From the NCBI GenBank assembly GCA_905178155.1, contig CAJINV010000002.1, positions 9,435,412 through 9,499,411 of the forward strand: DNA of 64,000 nucleotides, read 5' to 3'. This DNA is from Amoebophrya sp. A120 (Eukaryota > Protista > Dinoflagellata). Below the pieces are notes generated by a model that ran no database searches, was not told the origin of the DNA, and was given only the letters and a program-made list of their open reading frames with translations. Shown piece after piece: positions 1-14,367 of this stretch (its first letter is position 1; each line of letters starts with the position of its first letter). Position numbers and translations under genes: made by a program.

Positions 1-134
1 TCTTGTTTTATCTTTCTACTCCTTGTTTGGTGATACTGATACAGCTGGATAAAAATTAAACACACTGCATAGCAAAGGCAAATCATCCCTTCCGTAAGAG
101 GGTGAGTCACAAAAACTGTTATGAAATTCTCTAC

Positions 135-1872
135 CGCGTGTCGAATGTCGAAGACTTTTATGGAGCCATCGTCGGCACCGGAGGCGATGATGTCGCCCTG
201 GAGGGGGTTCCAGTCGAGCACATTCACGTCGTACCCGGACCCGTCTTCGCTGTGCTGCAGCGAAATCACGGACTTCTTCTTCCCTTGTCGCACATCGTAA
301 ATCTGTTATTGTTGAATCAAAGCAAGCCTTGTCACGAGATTTATTGTTGTCAAGAAACGATTATCACTTGAGAAGGGTAGGTACATGCACCCGCGAGGGG
401 GGGGGTACTACGAAAAATCACTCAGATAGTTCATTTCAGCTTTAACTTTTTTACTCGCTGGATTTTTTTGTCGTATTTTATCATAAAGTCGTATAGATGC
501 AGAAGCGATTCGTTCCCTTTAAACTTCAACCGTACCTGCACAGTGCCGTCCCCGCCGCAACTGGCGAACACCGTTTCGCAACCGTTGCCTTTTCGCTTGA
601 ACTGCAAATCCTCGATTGCTGTGCCCTTTTTGTGCCCGATGAAGCTACTGGGGTCGATCGACCAGCCGCCCTCTCGGGGTTTCCAGAACCGCAGCACGCC
701 GTCGTTGTCGGCGGAAACGAATTCGCCGGGCTTGTGCCAGTTCCAGGCCATAGCGTAACCCTCCGTCTTGTGGTCCGATGGGGAGGATTGGAAGATGGGC
801 TGTGGTGAGTTGATGTTTCCAGGGTCGTTCTATCTTTGTGCAACTTTAAAAAGCACAATACATCATTTTGGTCGGAAGTATAGATACGTAACTACTTCCA
901 ATACGTTGTACGAGCTCCCTATTTGAATTATGAAAGATGATAAGCTCCCAATGAGTTCCAGTAAAATCAACTTTCTAGTACCTTTTTTACGACCATTTCG
1001 GAGGTGCTGCTGCTGCTCTGTTCCTGTCCGACCGCGACAAATTCTTCGGCCAAGTTCCACATGTTGACCCTTCCGTTCTCGGCCCAGGTGGCCACGATGC
1101 CCTGCGCGGCCCCCGGCATCGCCTTGATGCGGTTGACCGTGCCCCCCACGTGCTGCACTTTTCTGCAGGCGAATTTCGGCTCGGATTTCGCCTCGTCCTC
1201 GCTTTCCGAGCCTGAATCGTCGTCGCTGTCGGACTCGTCCTGCTGTTCGCACAGGTTCGACCACTTCATCACGTAGATGCAGTTGTCCTTCTCGTTCTGC
1301 GCCTGACTCCCGGCGACCACGGTGCAGGTGTGCGGAAACTCCCGCCGCGCGCCGCCCAGCGTATCCTGCACAATGTCGAAAGAGAGGCACGGCCACTCCG
1401 TGTTCAGTTTGTGCAGCATTTGGTACGCGTTTGGGTCGTATTGCAGTTCTTCGTCCTCCGCGAGTTCGTCCTGCCCGGGGCGGAACACCTTGGTCTTGCT
1501 CGCCGCGGTCTTGTCCGGGTTCTCAATCGGGTTGCCGTTTTCGTCGAGGAAAATCCCCTCCTCGTCGCTGTCCTCCTCCTCCAAATCCAGCTCGGAATCA
1601 TCCTCTGCATCGGAGTCTACTTCGTTTGCAGCTTTATTCTTCGCGGTTGCAGAGGACGAGAGCTGCTGTGCCGCTTGTCCTTCGCTGGCCGCGGAAGGAC
1701 TGCTGTTCGTCACGTTGGTAGTTTCCTCGCAAGAACCCATATCCACATCACCGCTGGTATCCTCTTTGCAACGCTTAGCCTTCAGCTCCTTAGTGCGGCC
1801 AGGCTCGTCGCCGCGCTTGTTTGGGACAGCATGAGCATTGCTATCTGTCATCATTGCGTCTTCGCCCGCCAT
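135..1872 (-). CDS. GRWD1: Glutamate-rich WD40 ribosome-assembly protein (GRWD1/Rrb1); exons 1872-982, 829-536, 302-135; continues beyond the window start
   Basis: Acidic N-terminus, then ELQYDPNAYQMLHKLNTEWPCLSFD, VAGSQA, GGTVNRIK, HKTEGYAMAWN, IEDLQF, FASCGGDGTVQIYDVR, DVNVLDWN and IASGADDGSIKVFDIR. The GT-AG introns 981-830 and 535-303 join these in frame. Confidence 0.9.
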
Positions 1873-3238
1873 CGTATTAAGATTGTCTATGTCTCTGTCG
1901 CTGGGTCGTCTTAGAAACATGCGCTTGAAATTAGTAAATGACAATAAGCAACAAGTGGGCGGGCGGCTCCTTGGACAAATGCTTGAAGATAATAGTAGAT
2001 GTAGAGCTTTTGTGCAAATAAAAGTCAGTTGGCTCCTCTTTACTCCGACGGTGCGCCAGCAGAGGCGGTCAATAAAACTTTCGCGAAAGAAATATTCGAT
2101 TCGGTGAGATGTCTACAGTATCTTAACCTGAGTGAAAGAGACGGATATCGCCGAAGTAATGCCATCAATCTCATGCTGGAATTGAACGAAGTAGCTAGTG
2201 GTGGCAACATTTCACACTAAATTCCAAGGATGATCACTTCCGGAGCCCTCAGTCGCTTTTAATTCGTGCTCTTCCACAGTCTGATCTTTTTAATCCGCAA
2301 TTTTTCGTTCATGATCTTTTTAATTCGTGCTCTTCCACACTGTTTTCCGCCATTTCATCTCTCATGGACTTTTTCGGAACGGAACTAAGAGAACTTGTTT
2401 ATTTCATAGTTGATCTATCTAGTATCACCATTTATCCTGCTTATTTGTGGTGAGAATTCCAAGTTTCAGGATCGGCTTTACAGTGACGGAAGTGCTGGAT
2501 CATGAATTAGAACCAGACAGAGAAGATCGACGTAGCAACACAAGTGGAGAAAGCAGCTGCCTCCCGGACTACGACTACTGAATGCAAATCCGCAGCTTGT
2601 GGCACGGGGCGTCCGCGGTGATGACAGGAGTCGTGTTTATTTCTCCTATAATCTATTGCCTTTGACTTTTCATTTTCGCATTGGAGTATCGGTTGTCGTG
2701 TGGAGATGAAAGTCTTGCATTTTTTGGCCTCATGCGAGAACGAGACTACAAAAGCGCCATATCGCAAATGCAGCTTTTTCTATGTTCAAAGAGTTGGATG
2801 CAATTTTTTGAACATTGATACGTACCTTCTTGAAGCTGCAAAAAGTGAAAGTATTTCCCACATCATGGCAGATTCAGCTGAAAGGCGCCTACATTCGCCT
2901 CCCAAGACGTCCTCCAGACAATCGAAATCTGCTGGACGGTGAAACTAGAACTCCAGCGTGTCTTGTGGCCAGCTGAGCACGTCTCGGACGCTCAGATGCA
3001 CTGAAGATAAAGATCACCACGTATGATAAATTCATCATGCGCGAAAACACGAGTACAGCCTCCGGCTGAGCGGAGCGAGGATTGAAAACTTCTTCCCACC
3101 TCGTCGTCTCAGTATGCGCCGCATGCTGCAACTTCGACCCGTCTAGGATGCGTGAAGAGCACACTGTCCTTTGCGCCAGTCCGCGCAACAGCGTGCGCAA
3201 TACGCTTCTGGAATCCTCGAGAAAGACAAACCAACTCT

Positions 3239-3531
3239 TTAGTCGTCGCCGATAGACCACATGACCCGCTCCTTCTTCCCGGCCTTCCCCTTCAGCTTCT
3301 TTTTCCTCCCCGGATCATTCTTGCTCTCTTGGTAAGCGTACCTGCAGATGAAGAGTTTTTACATGCAGAATCAACTTACTCGCTCACTCTACGTCATCAC
3401 AACGGGAATAGACCGCAATTTTAGCAAAGCGGAGGCAAGCATCGAAGCATGTAGACGTTAGAAAAATACCAGAACATGGCAAGAATGGCGAGAATGATCA
3501 GCCCTACAAACCCGTACAGCAAGACCTCCAT
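3239..3531 (-). CDS. 54-aa single-pass membrane microprotein, 2 exons (3531-3470, 3341-3239)
   Basis: Removing the GT-AG intron 3469-3342 gives MEVLLYGFVGLIILAILAMFWYAYQESKNDPGRKKKLKGKAGKKERVMWSIGDD*, a hydrophobic helix followed by a basic tail. Confidence 0.65.
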
Positions 3532-4677
3532 CTTAGCAATGGTTTCGTTTGTTCAATCGCCTCTGCTTCTATGATTTTTGCTACCTTTTCGTGTTTCCTG
3601 ATTAAAAAACAAGTATATCTTAATCTTTCCTGAAGGACAAGGTGTACTACTAGCTGCACAAAGATAAGAAGCACGCAAGAGTTGCGTCTTTGCTGACAAA
3701 TCGCCTGAAGATAGCGACTTCCAACAAGCCAACGGAAGGAAAAATGTCGTCTCGAGGTACACGTAACCTCCGCAGGGCTGAAATTTTACACAAAATGAAA
3801 ATCTGAAATCACCTTTTACAGATTAACAGAGAGCAAAAAAACACATGTCTAGACCAAGTGTGTTTCAAGGAAAAGTGGTGTCCGCCTGGATTGGGTTTTG
3901 TGAAAAAAAAAGAAGAAAATGGCAACAGCTAATCCGCTCGCTAATCAATCCACAAATTCGTCGCCCTACGCTACCATAGTTGATCTCCGCGTGGAAGTCG
4001 TGCGAAGTAGTTCGGATCACATTCACATCCATTTTTTCTGTAAATTCAGAAGTGTTTGTTGCGCTTTTGATCCGAGAGATCTAGGGGCATTCTTGTGCTG
4101 AGTGTGCCTGTACTAGTACTGTGAGGAACAAGGACACAGGAACAACACCGGGAGACACTCTAAGAAGGTGGGTCTGCGCATCATGCTCATTTCACCGAGC
4201 GGGAGCGCCAGCGCAAAGGGAAATGCAAAACCTCCAAAAATTTAAAGTGCAGACGTTTCAACACCGACAGACGTAGGTGCTTCTATGCGTCGCTCTCTTT
4301 ATTCTCGACACGGCAACATCACAGGCTTCATAGAACTTCTTCGCCGGCGTGAAATCCGCGATCACATTTGGGTTTCTTTCTAAGTAGTATGCTTCAGTAG
4401 CTTTTCCAGCACAACAATTCGCAAATCCGCCGAATAAACTGCAGGTGCAAAATGCATCTCTTCTATGGTTGCTGCCACAGCTTAAGCTTTGGTTAGAAAA
4501 AATATCGCTATGTTTCGCAAGACCTTCATACCGGCCGGAAACAAGGCCCCAGTATTGCCGGCAAGCGTCTCTCTGACATCCGGATCATCCTCCTAAAAAT
4601 TTGCTCAAGACCCCTTGAAAAACTTTGAATGTCAACTCTGATTTGTAAGTAAAAGCCCCAAAAAGAAAGATCTGATC

Positions 4678-7600
4678 TCACTTTTCCCCACCCGTGCCGC
4701 CTGCACCGCCCGGCGCGGGTCCTTTCCGGATTAGAATTTTCGGCTTCACACCGGTTACTTTGGGCAGAAACTGCTTGATGTCATCCGCAATCGCGGTACT
4801 GACCCGACCCCAGAAGATCGGCGGGCCTTTATGGCCCGGGCCCGCCGCCGATTTACCGAACAGGGATTCCGCGTACTGCATAGCAGTCTCCTCGGCCTGC
4901 TCCTCGGATGAAGAAGTACAACTGTTTGCAATAACACCTGCATGATTCGTGTGTTGATTCATCAACATCCCACTGCCCTGACCATAATTTGCTTCACCGG
5001 TGTTCTTCAGAATTCCTCTCGCGGAGGTCTCCGGCGCTCCTTGCTGCGGCCGTTCCAGCAGCTCGCTGGACGTGCCAGTCGCGTCTCCGGCTCCTGGCGG
5101 GTCGTGTCCGTCTCGCGTCAGCAACGTGGGATCGGTCGCCAGACCGCTGCTCCCACTTGCCAGGTGATGCGCGGCGGGCATTCGGCTGTACTGCAGCATT
5201 CCCTCGCTGACGACTCGTTGATTCAGCGCATCCAGTCGATCTTCTTCCGTCGGGCCCTGAGGGGTTCGATGTTGCTGAGCCTGCTGGTGCTGCGACGAGG
5301 CTTGATAGAACGGCGGCATCACGTTGGAGCCCTGTTGTTGCGCCCCCGATCCGTGCACAGCAGCGGTACTCGCGTTATTATAGACGTGCTGCTGCGGAGC
5401 CATAAAGCCCTGAAAATGTTGACCTGACGTCGACGCAACAGGAGGATTATTGGCGGAAACAAACATCTGCTGGTGCTGCATCTGCTGGTGCTGATGACCG
5501 CCTCCGGCCGTCACCGACATTTGATGCCCCTGCTGGGCCGGCAGAAAGGAATGGTGCTGCTGGTGCGGATTATTCAATGAGCCAGGCGGTAGTTGATGTG
5601 GTACTCCCGCATGCTGAAGGTTTTCAGTATTTTGCCCGCTTGAAAAAGGACCCTGCGGCCCGGGAGACATCGACACAGATGTCGACCCGTCTGCCGCCAT
5701 GATTCCCCCCGCGACATTGGAGGGCACACTGGCTTGCTGAAAACCTGGCCCGCCAGAGTGGGAACTCGTTGAGGAACTTGACCCGCCCATCTGCATTTGC
5801 TGCTGCTGAATATTGAATGGTCCTCTTGCGGCGATCATGTGGAGATTGCTCTCGCCCGGCGATGTTGAAGATGTTTTACCAGCTGCTAGACTACTCTGGG
5901 CATTACTAGTATCAACCAGACCGCTGTTCGAAGATATGGAAGGCCCGGTAGGGTGGAGATTCGTCGCCTGTAGCGCCCTGTTGTGAAGATCATGTGTCAT
6001 TTCCTGCAGCTGCATCTGTTGCCCAGTCGAAGAGCTTGTTGTATACGGGGGGTAACCGCCGACCGAGGCAGGAACCGCAGCCCCGGGTGGTAGTGCTCCT
6101 GCATATTCAAGATTCACCCCGTAGGTTTGTTGGCTAGATGAAGAAGTAGCAGCACCACCAGCAGCCGCTCCAAAACTGCTGGTCCCATTTCCCGATGGAA
6201 ACTGGGGCAACTCAAACCCGAGCGGGGACCTGAACCCCCAGGGAGCAAACATTCCTGCCTCGGACGAATGATTTGACTGGAACGTGTTGCGCGACGGCGG
6301 GAGGAACGCACCATTTTGGGTGGTGTCAGGTTGCTCCGCTTTGTTGGCTGCGGCTGCCGGAAAGACTGTAGATGGGTTAGCAAAAGGATGACTGTTTTGG
6401 CCGGTACTGGTACCTGTGCCGGAGTTCATATTCTGTTGCTGATCTTCGCGGTAGCCAATCGCGGTACTATTTGCCTCCATCCACGGATTTCGGGTCGTCG
6501 CGTTCAATATTGCGGGCTGCTGCTCCGGCGAGCCACTCCTCCTCGACGTGAGCAACAGTGGCCTTTCGGCGCTGCCTGTTGTTTTTGCTCCCGATATTTG
6601 TCCTTCTGCCCCCGCAGAACCTCCAGTAAAGGGGTCATAGCCACTGGCCTCGAGGTGCGCGTTCGAAACCGACTCCCGTCCGTTATTGCTGCCGGTGCTG
6701 TTGCGGGCGACCAAGTCCGAAAGCCTGTCCCCGAGACTGGCACTGCTGGTCGCATTCTGACCCGTACCACCGTAGCCGTCGCGGCCACGCAAAGATTTCA
6801 TTGAAGATACACCTACTCCCGCGGGCCCGCTGCGCGCGGCCCGATCCCTACTTTCACTTCGGTCGTTGTTGGCTTGTAGCTGCATATCTCGTAACACCGA
6901 ATCCAAGATTTGAGGCAGCGTGATCTCCAGTGTTTGCTTCTGAGAGCTTTTGAATTCCCGCAAGTCCTCTTTCAGCGCCAACACCTCCTCCCGGGTTTGG
7001 GCCACCTCTTCCTTGGTCTGCATCACATTCATGGCAGCAATGGCATCCAACGCAGACGAGGACGCTTTCGACGCTGCGAGACCTCCTCCTTGTCCGTCCG
7101 ACGATGCTCCGGACGAGCTTGCCGCATTTCCTTCTAACTGTCTCTTCGCCAGCTCGCGCTCATCCAGCACTTTGTTGATGGTTTTCTCGAGGAATTTCGG
7201 GTCTCTCAGTGCCTTCGTGTCGTTCGCAAAATTTTGCCCGAATTCCGCGAAACTGCTCAGCAGACTGCTTGTCACCGTACTCGTCAGTTGCTGCTGCTCC
7301 TGGCGGAGCGCCGCCAGACTGCTGAACATTTGGTGCATGGCGGCTTCTTGCTTCAAGAAGAGGCTGAACAAATTTCGCTCGAGGTGCCCCAGTTTCGTCT
7401 CCAGTTTCCGCTCGCTGTTCTCCAGCTTGCACTCCAGCAACACACTTGCGTCCACCCACTCCACGTTGTACAGCGCCCGCGGGAGGTAGCAGAGGTCCAG
7501 ACTGTCGAGCAACGGCAGGATCTGCTGCTTCTCCAGGTTGCACTCGTCCAACAGCGTGAAAATCCTCGCCGTCTGTTCCTTCGTGAACGGCAGGGTGCAG

Positions 7601-10600
7601 ACGTTCACCTCGCTGGTCTGCTGCACTTCGCAACTACTGGTTTGCGCAAGAGGGAGGAGCTCCAGTGTCCCGGTAGCGCTGCTGTTGATTTGAAGAATTT
7701 TCGCTTCCTCAGCAGCGGGCCAAGCACAAACTGCATCAAACGGAAAAAAGTACTTGCAACAAGGAAGTGTGTTCGAGCTATGTATTCAGGTATGAAACAT
7801 CAACCACCGTCCTGTCCTGCTCTGCACTTAGTGTATTTCATACCTCTCCGCACCCGCACCGGAGTTGCCGTCAGTCTCTTTCCGCTCCGGCGCCGGTGAC
7901 GCAAGACTAGCCCCAGAAACAACCGGGTGTTGGTCGCATCGCTCGCCGGAAACCACCACGGCTGGAGGTCCTGCGGTGTGCCTTGTAGTGGTTCCTGGAT
8001 CCTTTTGCTGCTGCGCCAGCTGGAAATTACCAGTGCCTTGATCATTCATCTTTCCGAACAGCGCCTCGCGGTATGCGGTGAACAGTGAGTGCAGCAGATT
8101 TTCGAGCCTTCGGTTGTCGTCTTGAAAAAATTTCAAGTACACACCGCAGTGGTGGAAAAAGAGAGGAATGCACTTCTGCTCGAACGCGCTCACGGTCACT
8201 TCCCCCGAGGCCGCACTCTGGAGCACCGCGTAGATTGGCGTCAGGCTGTGCATCAGAATTTCCACCGGGAGCCGGTGCAACGGCAGCGAGCTAGCTACCC
8301 GCGCAGCGATGTCTTCATCGCTGCCAGTGGCATCGTCCGGCTCGATTGCCGCCTGCTCTGGGTACCCGCCGGATCTGAAAATGAAGACAGTGAAAGTGAT
8401 AGATGGCGTATGTCTCGCATACTTGTCTCAATACGCTGGTTTTATTCGGTACGAAAGTGAATAATCGCAAAGAGTCGATTGAGACAAAATCAAAAAATGT
8501 GGCGCCTCCGTGTCAATTTTCAATTTCCCAAACGCTAGGCTTACTATACTCACACGGGAAAATGACAATACCGTCCGCTCTCGTTCAGATTCTTTTGTCG
8601 TTCGGCCAGGACGAGGCCAAACAGGGTTTGCAGGTTTGCGTCGGAACAGTGCCCCCAGTTAATTTCTTGGGTGAAGTACTCTGTGCTCAAGGCCCCGACA
8701 TTTCCCATACGACGTAACAGAATTGCGTGCAGGGTGTCGACGTGCAGGGGCCTCCTTCCGCCGTCCTGCCGCAGCAACACTGCCAGCGGCGCCAGGTCGG
8801 CGTTCACAAGGAGCTCGAAATCCAAGCGGTTTAGGTCCAGAGGCTTGAGGAACTCGACCAGCGATGAAGCGGTCCCGGAAGCGGATGATGATACAACACA
8901 GATTTCCTGCAAGAACCTTGCCGCGAAAGCGTACTGCTCCTCTGCCAAAGCAGTCCCGACGTCCGGAGAGATTTGTTGCCAGTCCAGCCGCTGCCACGCC
9001 GTGAGCAGCAACTCGAGACTGGACCTGTTCTCAAAAAATGTTGTTCCAGAGAACAAAGCACTCCGGTTGGCAAGCTCGTCGCTCGCTACACCTGTGGTGT
9101 TCTCCTGCGTGCCACCGGCGGTGTTGAGAAATAAACTACAGTAGTGGCGCACCAGCGCGAACATCAAAGCGGCCTTCGCCTCAGCGTCCTTGCAAAACGT
9201 CGACACTAGATCCAACTTCAACAGCAAGTTCGAGTGTTCGTTGAGAAGAAGGTGGCAATTGCTCGTGGTCCCCCCGACTGCGGCATGCTTCAGCAACAGT
9301 GGCCAATTTAACACCCGGAACAGGTCGTCGTACTCGGCGCTGATACTGGAATAGTCGTTCGTCGGGTAGATTTTGTGTAGAAACGCTAACGCCTGCTCCA
9401 TGATCGGGAACACGGTGCAAGATTTCCAGTTCACGGTGCTCGTCCAAGCTTCGAATATCTCGCCAATATCGTTCACACCGTGAAGCCTGAGAGTTATACG
9501 ACATAATTTCTGAAAGTCGATGATGCGTCATTCGAGGCTATGTGTCGCTCTCGCTGTAATCAGCATGAGCATTTATAGGACCTTGATCAAGCGGAAGCTG
9601 CGGAAGCAAGAGGATTATTTGTATAGGGCAAAAAGCGATCTTGCACCCGCGATTTTTTCGTTTGGCCAAGGTGAAATAAATGCCAGAGAAAAATCGGAAT
9701 GAAAAAGCTCTAGCTGCCTAAAAAAGTATGCTAGCAAGTACTCCAACGCCTGTAGCAATAGCCGCATGGCTTGCAATTTGTTCTTCCTGTGCATCTGCTT
9801 CACGGCGTTAAGGTAAAACATCCGCAACTGCGCTAAATCAGGCAGGGAGAACTTCTCCACCGGCAGCGCGCCGAAAATTTGGTCCACCCGAACCCTCAAA
9901 GGTGCGGTGCTTCCGACGTCGTCTGTACTTGATGGACCAGAGCAGATAGATGTGCCAGTACCTTCGGCGCATCTCGTTGATGGTCCTGTCGTGTTGACAA
10001 CAGAACTCACGTCGGCGCTGCTGTGCAACAGCGCTGCAGTCGCATTGCTTGAGGTTGGTGCTGTCGTGCCAGCCATGAAAACGGTTCCGGGGCTTCCAAG
10101 CTGCGTCAACTTCCGGTCCAAATCCTGCAAAACCAGTGCCACTTCATGAAGCTCCTCGGCACCGGCGTCGCTCCACAGTTCGGGTTTCGTGAAGTAGGAA
10201 AACACGTTAAACTTCGTCGACGGTGCTATCTTCGTTTGACTTGCCGAACTAGAAAGCCCGCTGTGCAGTGCGGCAGTGTTTGCGTGCAGTGCGGCAGTGT
10301 TGTTTTCATGTACCTCCTCATTCGTATCGGAGTCCGACACAGGCGACGGCACTTTCGTGCTTGGAAGCGATGCTGAGGATCCGGCAGGCAAATCATCGAG
10401 CGCCAGCTCCACCTTCTCCTCTTTCAGAAAACGGAACAGTACCGCCCGGAATTTTTTCGCCGACTTCTTCTTCAGATCAGAGAACATTTCCAGCGCGATC
10501 CTCGGCGGGCAGTGCGCTTGCAACAGCTCTTCGTTCACCAAATGGAGAGGGATGAAGCGGAGAATCTTCTCCGTCTCCCGTGCCCGGTCACTGTGGTCGA

Positions 10601-13600
10601 AGACCTCGGAGGTTTCCGTACAGAAATTTCCACCGGTGCTGTGGCTGGTGTCCTCGTCCGCGAAAAGGCCGAAGAGCAATTCTGCCTGCGTGACCGACGT
10701 TTTTCCGTCAAGAAAATCGATTTCCGGGAGGATTTCCAAGACCGACCGGCGCGATAGCAGACTCTTGCTCGCGCGCTCCAGAAAGCACGTCTTCGCCTCC
10801 TGCTTGTTGCCGTCTTTCAGGTGCAGCCTGATTGTCTGCAACGCAATCTGCTCCTGTTTCGACACGCCGCCTGTTTTTCCCGCCGTTGGGCGGCAGGTGC
10901 TCGCGTGATTCGCGACTGCTGTTCCTGCCGAGATCGAGCCGGGAAACGCTCCAGAGGGAGGCTCCGTCGCTTCTCCATCTTCCTCGTTGTTCACCAGCTG
11001 CGAAACTACAGAATCATCTTGCGCTGCGCCACCATTCTGCGCACGGGCTGGATTCGTCTCCTGGGACGGTGGTACACTGGTGGGAAAAGCCTCGTCGCCT
11101 GCTATCGTTGCTGCGTCTAGCAGTCTGACATCCAAGAGCTGCTGCAGCTTCTCGACCAGTTGACTCTCAGCACAGGAAAAAAAAATAAACTCCTGGCTGT
11201 GGATCAATCGGTAGGCGTTTTGCACGCTTTCCGCGGCGTCCAAGCCCGTCCAGGGAACGGCTGCCCAGAGCTCTTCGATCCGCTTTGGTGTGTCCGGCGA
11301 AGAGGGCCGCGATTTCATTTCCCCCATGCGTTTCTTGGTCTCTTCCAAAATCATTCGGCGGCAGAGCTCGGGATACAGCGTTTTAACATCCGACCTGGTC
11401 GCTGTGCCACTAGTTTCGTCCAGAACAAAATGCGGAAGCAGAAGGGTCGCGGAGCTGAGCAGGTAGCTGTGGTAGGCCGCGGCACCGCAGATTGTCGCTA
11501 GATCCAAGCAGCGAAGGAAGGGGGCAGAGGCTGCGCCACTTCCACTGCCGTCTTGGCTCAGGTCCAAAATTGCTTTCAACGCTGCGAAATTGGTCTCCGC
11601 CGAACAGCTGCGCCACGAAATTGCTTCCCAAAAGTCCTTCACGGGTCCATCTTGACGAAGATCGTCCTCGTCCTCCCCACGCGACACGCCGATAACGACG
11701 ATTCCCCTCTGTAGCAAAACGACAGCCAGCTTGGCCGCCGCTTCCGGATTTGCTTCGTTCAAAGTCACGGACACAAAGTCCAGCGGCAAAGGCTCAGTCA
11801 CGCCGTGTTCGACATCGGATTCCTCTAAGGTAAAAACTTTGTACAGACGCAGTTCGTTTGCCTCGTGCTCTGCGGAAGAGGTAGAAGAATTTGGCACATT
11901 AGTTGTACCAGGAGAGTACACTTGAAATTGTTCGCTCGTCCTCAAAAAAACGCAGATTTCGCGAAACAGGTCCCGTGCAGAGTCGTGAAAGTTCCAGCCC
12001 TCGCTTGCGAGTTTTTTCAGCAAGGTGGGCGTTCTGGTGCACTCCGCTGCGTCGCTGGCGCAGTTGTGCCGTGCCAAATATTCCACGAAAGCGTTTCGGG
12101 TCTGGGAATGCTGTGGCGACGACGACTTGGCGCTCAGAAAAAACTTGACCAGCGTCGGTCCGAAAAAGCGCGTTGCAGCGGCTCCAGGTAGTGCGGCGGT
12201 GTCCGTGGTTTCCGCAGATGCAGGTGCTGTTACTTGTACTGCGGCTGGTGCGCTGCCACTAGATCCCGCTGCACAGGATAGGACTAGATCTCTCATGCTC
12301 GTAAAGCACCCGTCGACGGCGCGCTGTACTGTCCCCTTGCCAAGTTCGTGCACCACTCGAATTGGCAGCGTGGTTCCGCAAAACTGTCCTTCTGATTGCT
12401 CGCCGCCGCCTTGCTTCACAATGCGGCTCGGGTCCACGCGAAGGAAGAACTGGAGGAGTAAACTACCCGTCTTGCTGGAACTGGAAAGCGACTTCATTCC
12501 GTTCACCATGGCCAGCCACAAGGGCTTGTTCTGCAACACCTTCAGCAAACACTGTTTTTCCAACCCCTGTGTGGTGTCGATCTCTTTGATCTTGTCAATC
12601 GCAGCCGGATTGATCTGCTGCAATGCCCTATCCAGAAAAAAACTGTGTCTGTTGTGGAAATCCACAAACGCAATGAGTTTAACTCATGCAAAACAGTGTA
12701 CAACACTTGTCATGCGGCCGATGAACTACAAATTTACACATTATTACGAGGACTACCTCCTTCGATGAAAGCGGGTCGATTTCATGTAGTTACTGACTTC
12801 GCATTTCTGTCATGCAGCCATCGATCCACAAGTAAAAGTATTTTCTTTACGTTTCACACTGACACACTTCTTTCAGCGGATAAGCGCGCTCCAGCTGTTT
12901 TTCGGCGGCTGCACCGCCGTCCTTTAACAGCGGGAAAAAGAGCGGAGGAAGCAGCAACGGCGTGAAAGAAAGCTTTCGACTGCTGCAGCTAGCGCTTGTG
13001 GACCGGCCGGAACGTAAGACCACCAAGTCCGCCACAATGTCGGCGTCCACGTCGGCAAATCGTTTCTGCGAAACCTGGTCGGCTATGGATCCGGCCACAG
13101 CAGCGCTTGTTGATACGCGCGGGTTCGAGCCTACTATCTTTTCGCCCCAGATGTTTCTTTCGAAATGAAAGTGCTCCACCGCCAGTTTGGCCCAGTCGAT
13201 GAAACTCATCGTTGCGTCTCCGGCGAGCGCGCGCTGCAGCCGTGCAGCCACGGTGGAAGTTTTCGTCGGCGGGTTTTCCTTGCTAGATCCAGGATACGAG
13301 GAGTTGTTTGCTGCGGATGAAGTTGTTGTACAAGAAGAAGCATTTATTCGGGTCTTTTTCGCGACACCGAAGTGCTGAAACAACATGTCCACAAAGGTGC
13401 GGTGCTTCTCCAAAACCGCAGGGTGTGCCTTCTCGAGGTAGCTCAGGCCGAGCAGCAACACGAACTCCAGACTGCCACGGCAGACCAACTCCTCGGTCAG
13501 AAGCAGGAATGGTGCCGCAACCTTCTCCAAAAGTTTCGCCGCGAGCGTGTGCAAGAGAAACAGAGGCCCGCTGTTGCAGGACGAAGAGTACTTCTTGTTC

Positions 13601-14367
13601 CCGAAATTTCTAGCACCGCGGTCTGCTACTTCCCCGCCATCTTCCCGCAGATCGCCGGTACGTGTTCCCTCGGCGAACTCCTCCACCAGTGGCAGCACGG
13701 TTTTCGTCAGACACTCGTAGGCCTGGGCGTCGCGTGGCAACGACGCGGCAACTTCGAGGCCGTCTGCCGGTGCTCCCTCGCTACCTTCTCGCCCGGCCGT
13801 CGTGCGACTCTCCGGTCGGACAGCGCAAGACTCATCGTCCTCGCCCGGGAAACGCAGCAGACTCGGCACCAGCCTCTCCCGCACGTAATCCTCATCCAAC
13901 ACCGCGTGCAAAGCGGCGAGCTGCTGCAACAATTTTCGGAAACAGATCGCCTCAACACCAAGAACATCACCCCCTCCTGAAACTGTGGCCAGCCTAGAAG
14001 AAGTACTAGCGCCACCTGTATGATTCTCGTGCTGCGCTCCAAAAATGGATCGCTGCAGGGCTCTGGCGAAGGTGGAACAAAATTTCTCGTCCGTGGTTGT
14101 CTGGATAGAAATGCAGTGCTCTAGCCAGGCCTGCAGCTCCGCGGTCGTCCAGTCGGTGTTTCGCCAAACCTCGTCCGCGAATTGCACTACCGTCTTGCCC
14201 GCTTCCTCTACTACACGAACCGCTGGGCCAGTAAAGACCTTTTTCAACACTGCTTCGATGTCAATGGCCGTCTTCAGTTCCACACAAAGCGAATGCCGCT
14301 CGCCCACCTGGAAGGTGACCGTCGATTGTGGTTGCCCGAGCGTCTCATCTTCATCTGGTGACGTCAT
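4678..14367 (-). CDS. Large multi-exon hypothetical protein (about 3,000 aa if all exons join): helical N-terminal region, coiled coil, Q/S/G/H-rich disordered C-terminus
   Basis: Consecutive minus-strand ORFs 12847-14367, 9615-12665, 8550-9476, 7828-8280 and 4678-7626. In-frame joins were checked for the insert at 12629-12882 and the GT-AG intron 8571-8375; the other joins are uncertain. No family recognised. Confidence 0.55.
12629..12882. mobile_element. Degenerate TAT...ATA introner-like insert (254 bp)
   Basis: Imperfect TIR TATCCAGAAAAAAACTGTGTC / TATCCGCTGAAAGAAGTGTGTC. Flanks TGCCC/AGCGC. Removing element+5 nt fuses two long ORFs in frame (..LERA|LQQIN..). Internal TTGTCATGC. Confidence 0.65.

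Noticed and set aside
9495-9625. Possible TAT...ATA insert between two long ORFs
   Set aside because: Only 131 bp with a weak TIR and no DR, and the frame needs element+1 (mod 3) rather than the +2 seen for accepted elements.
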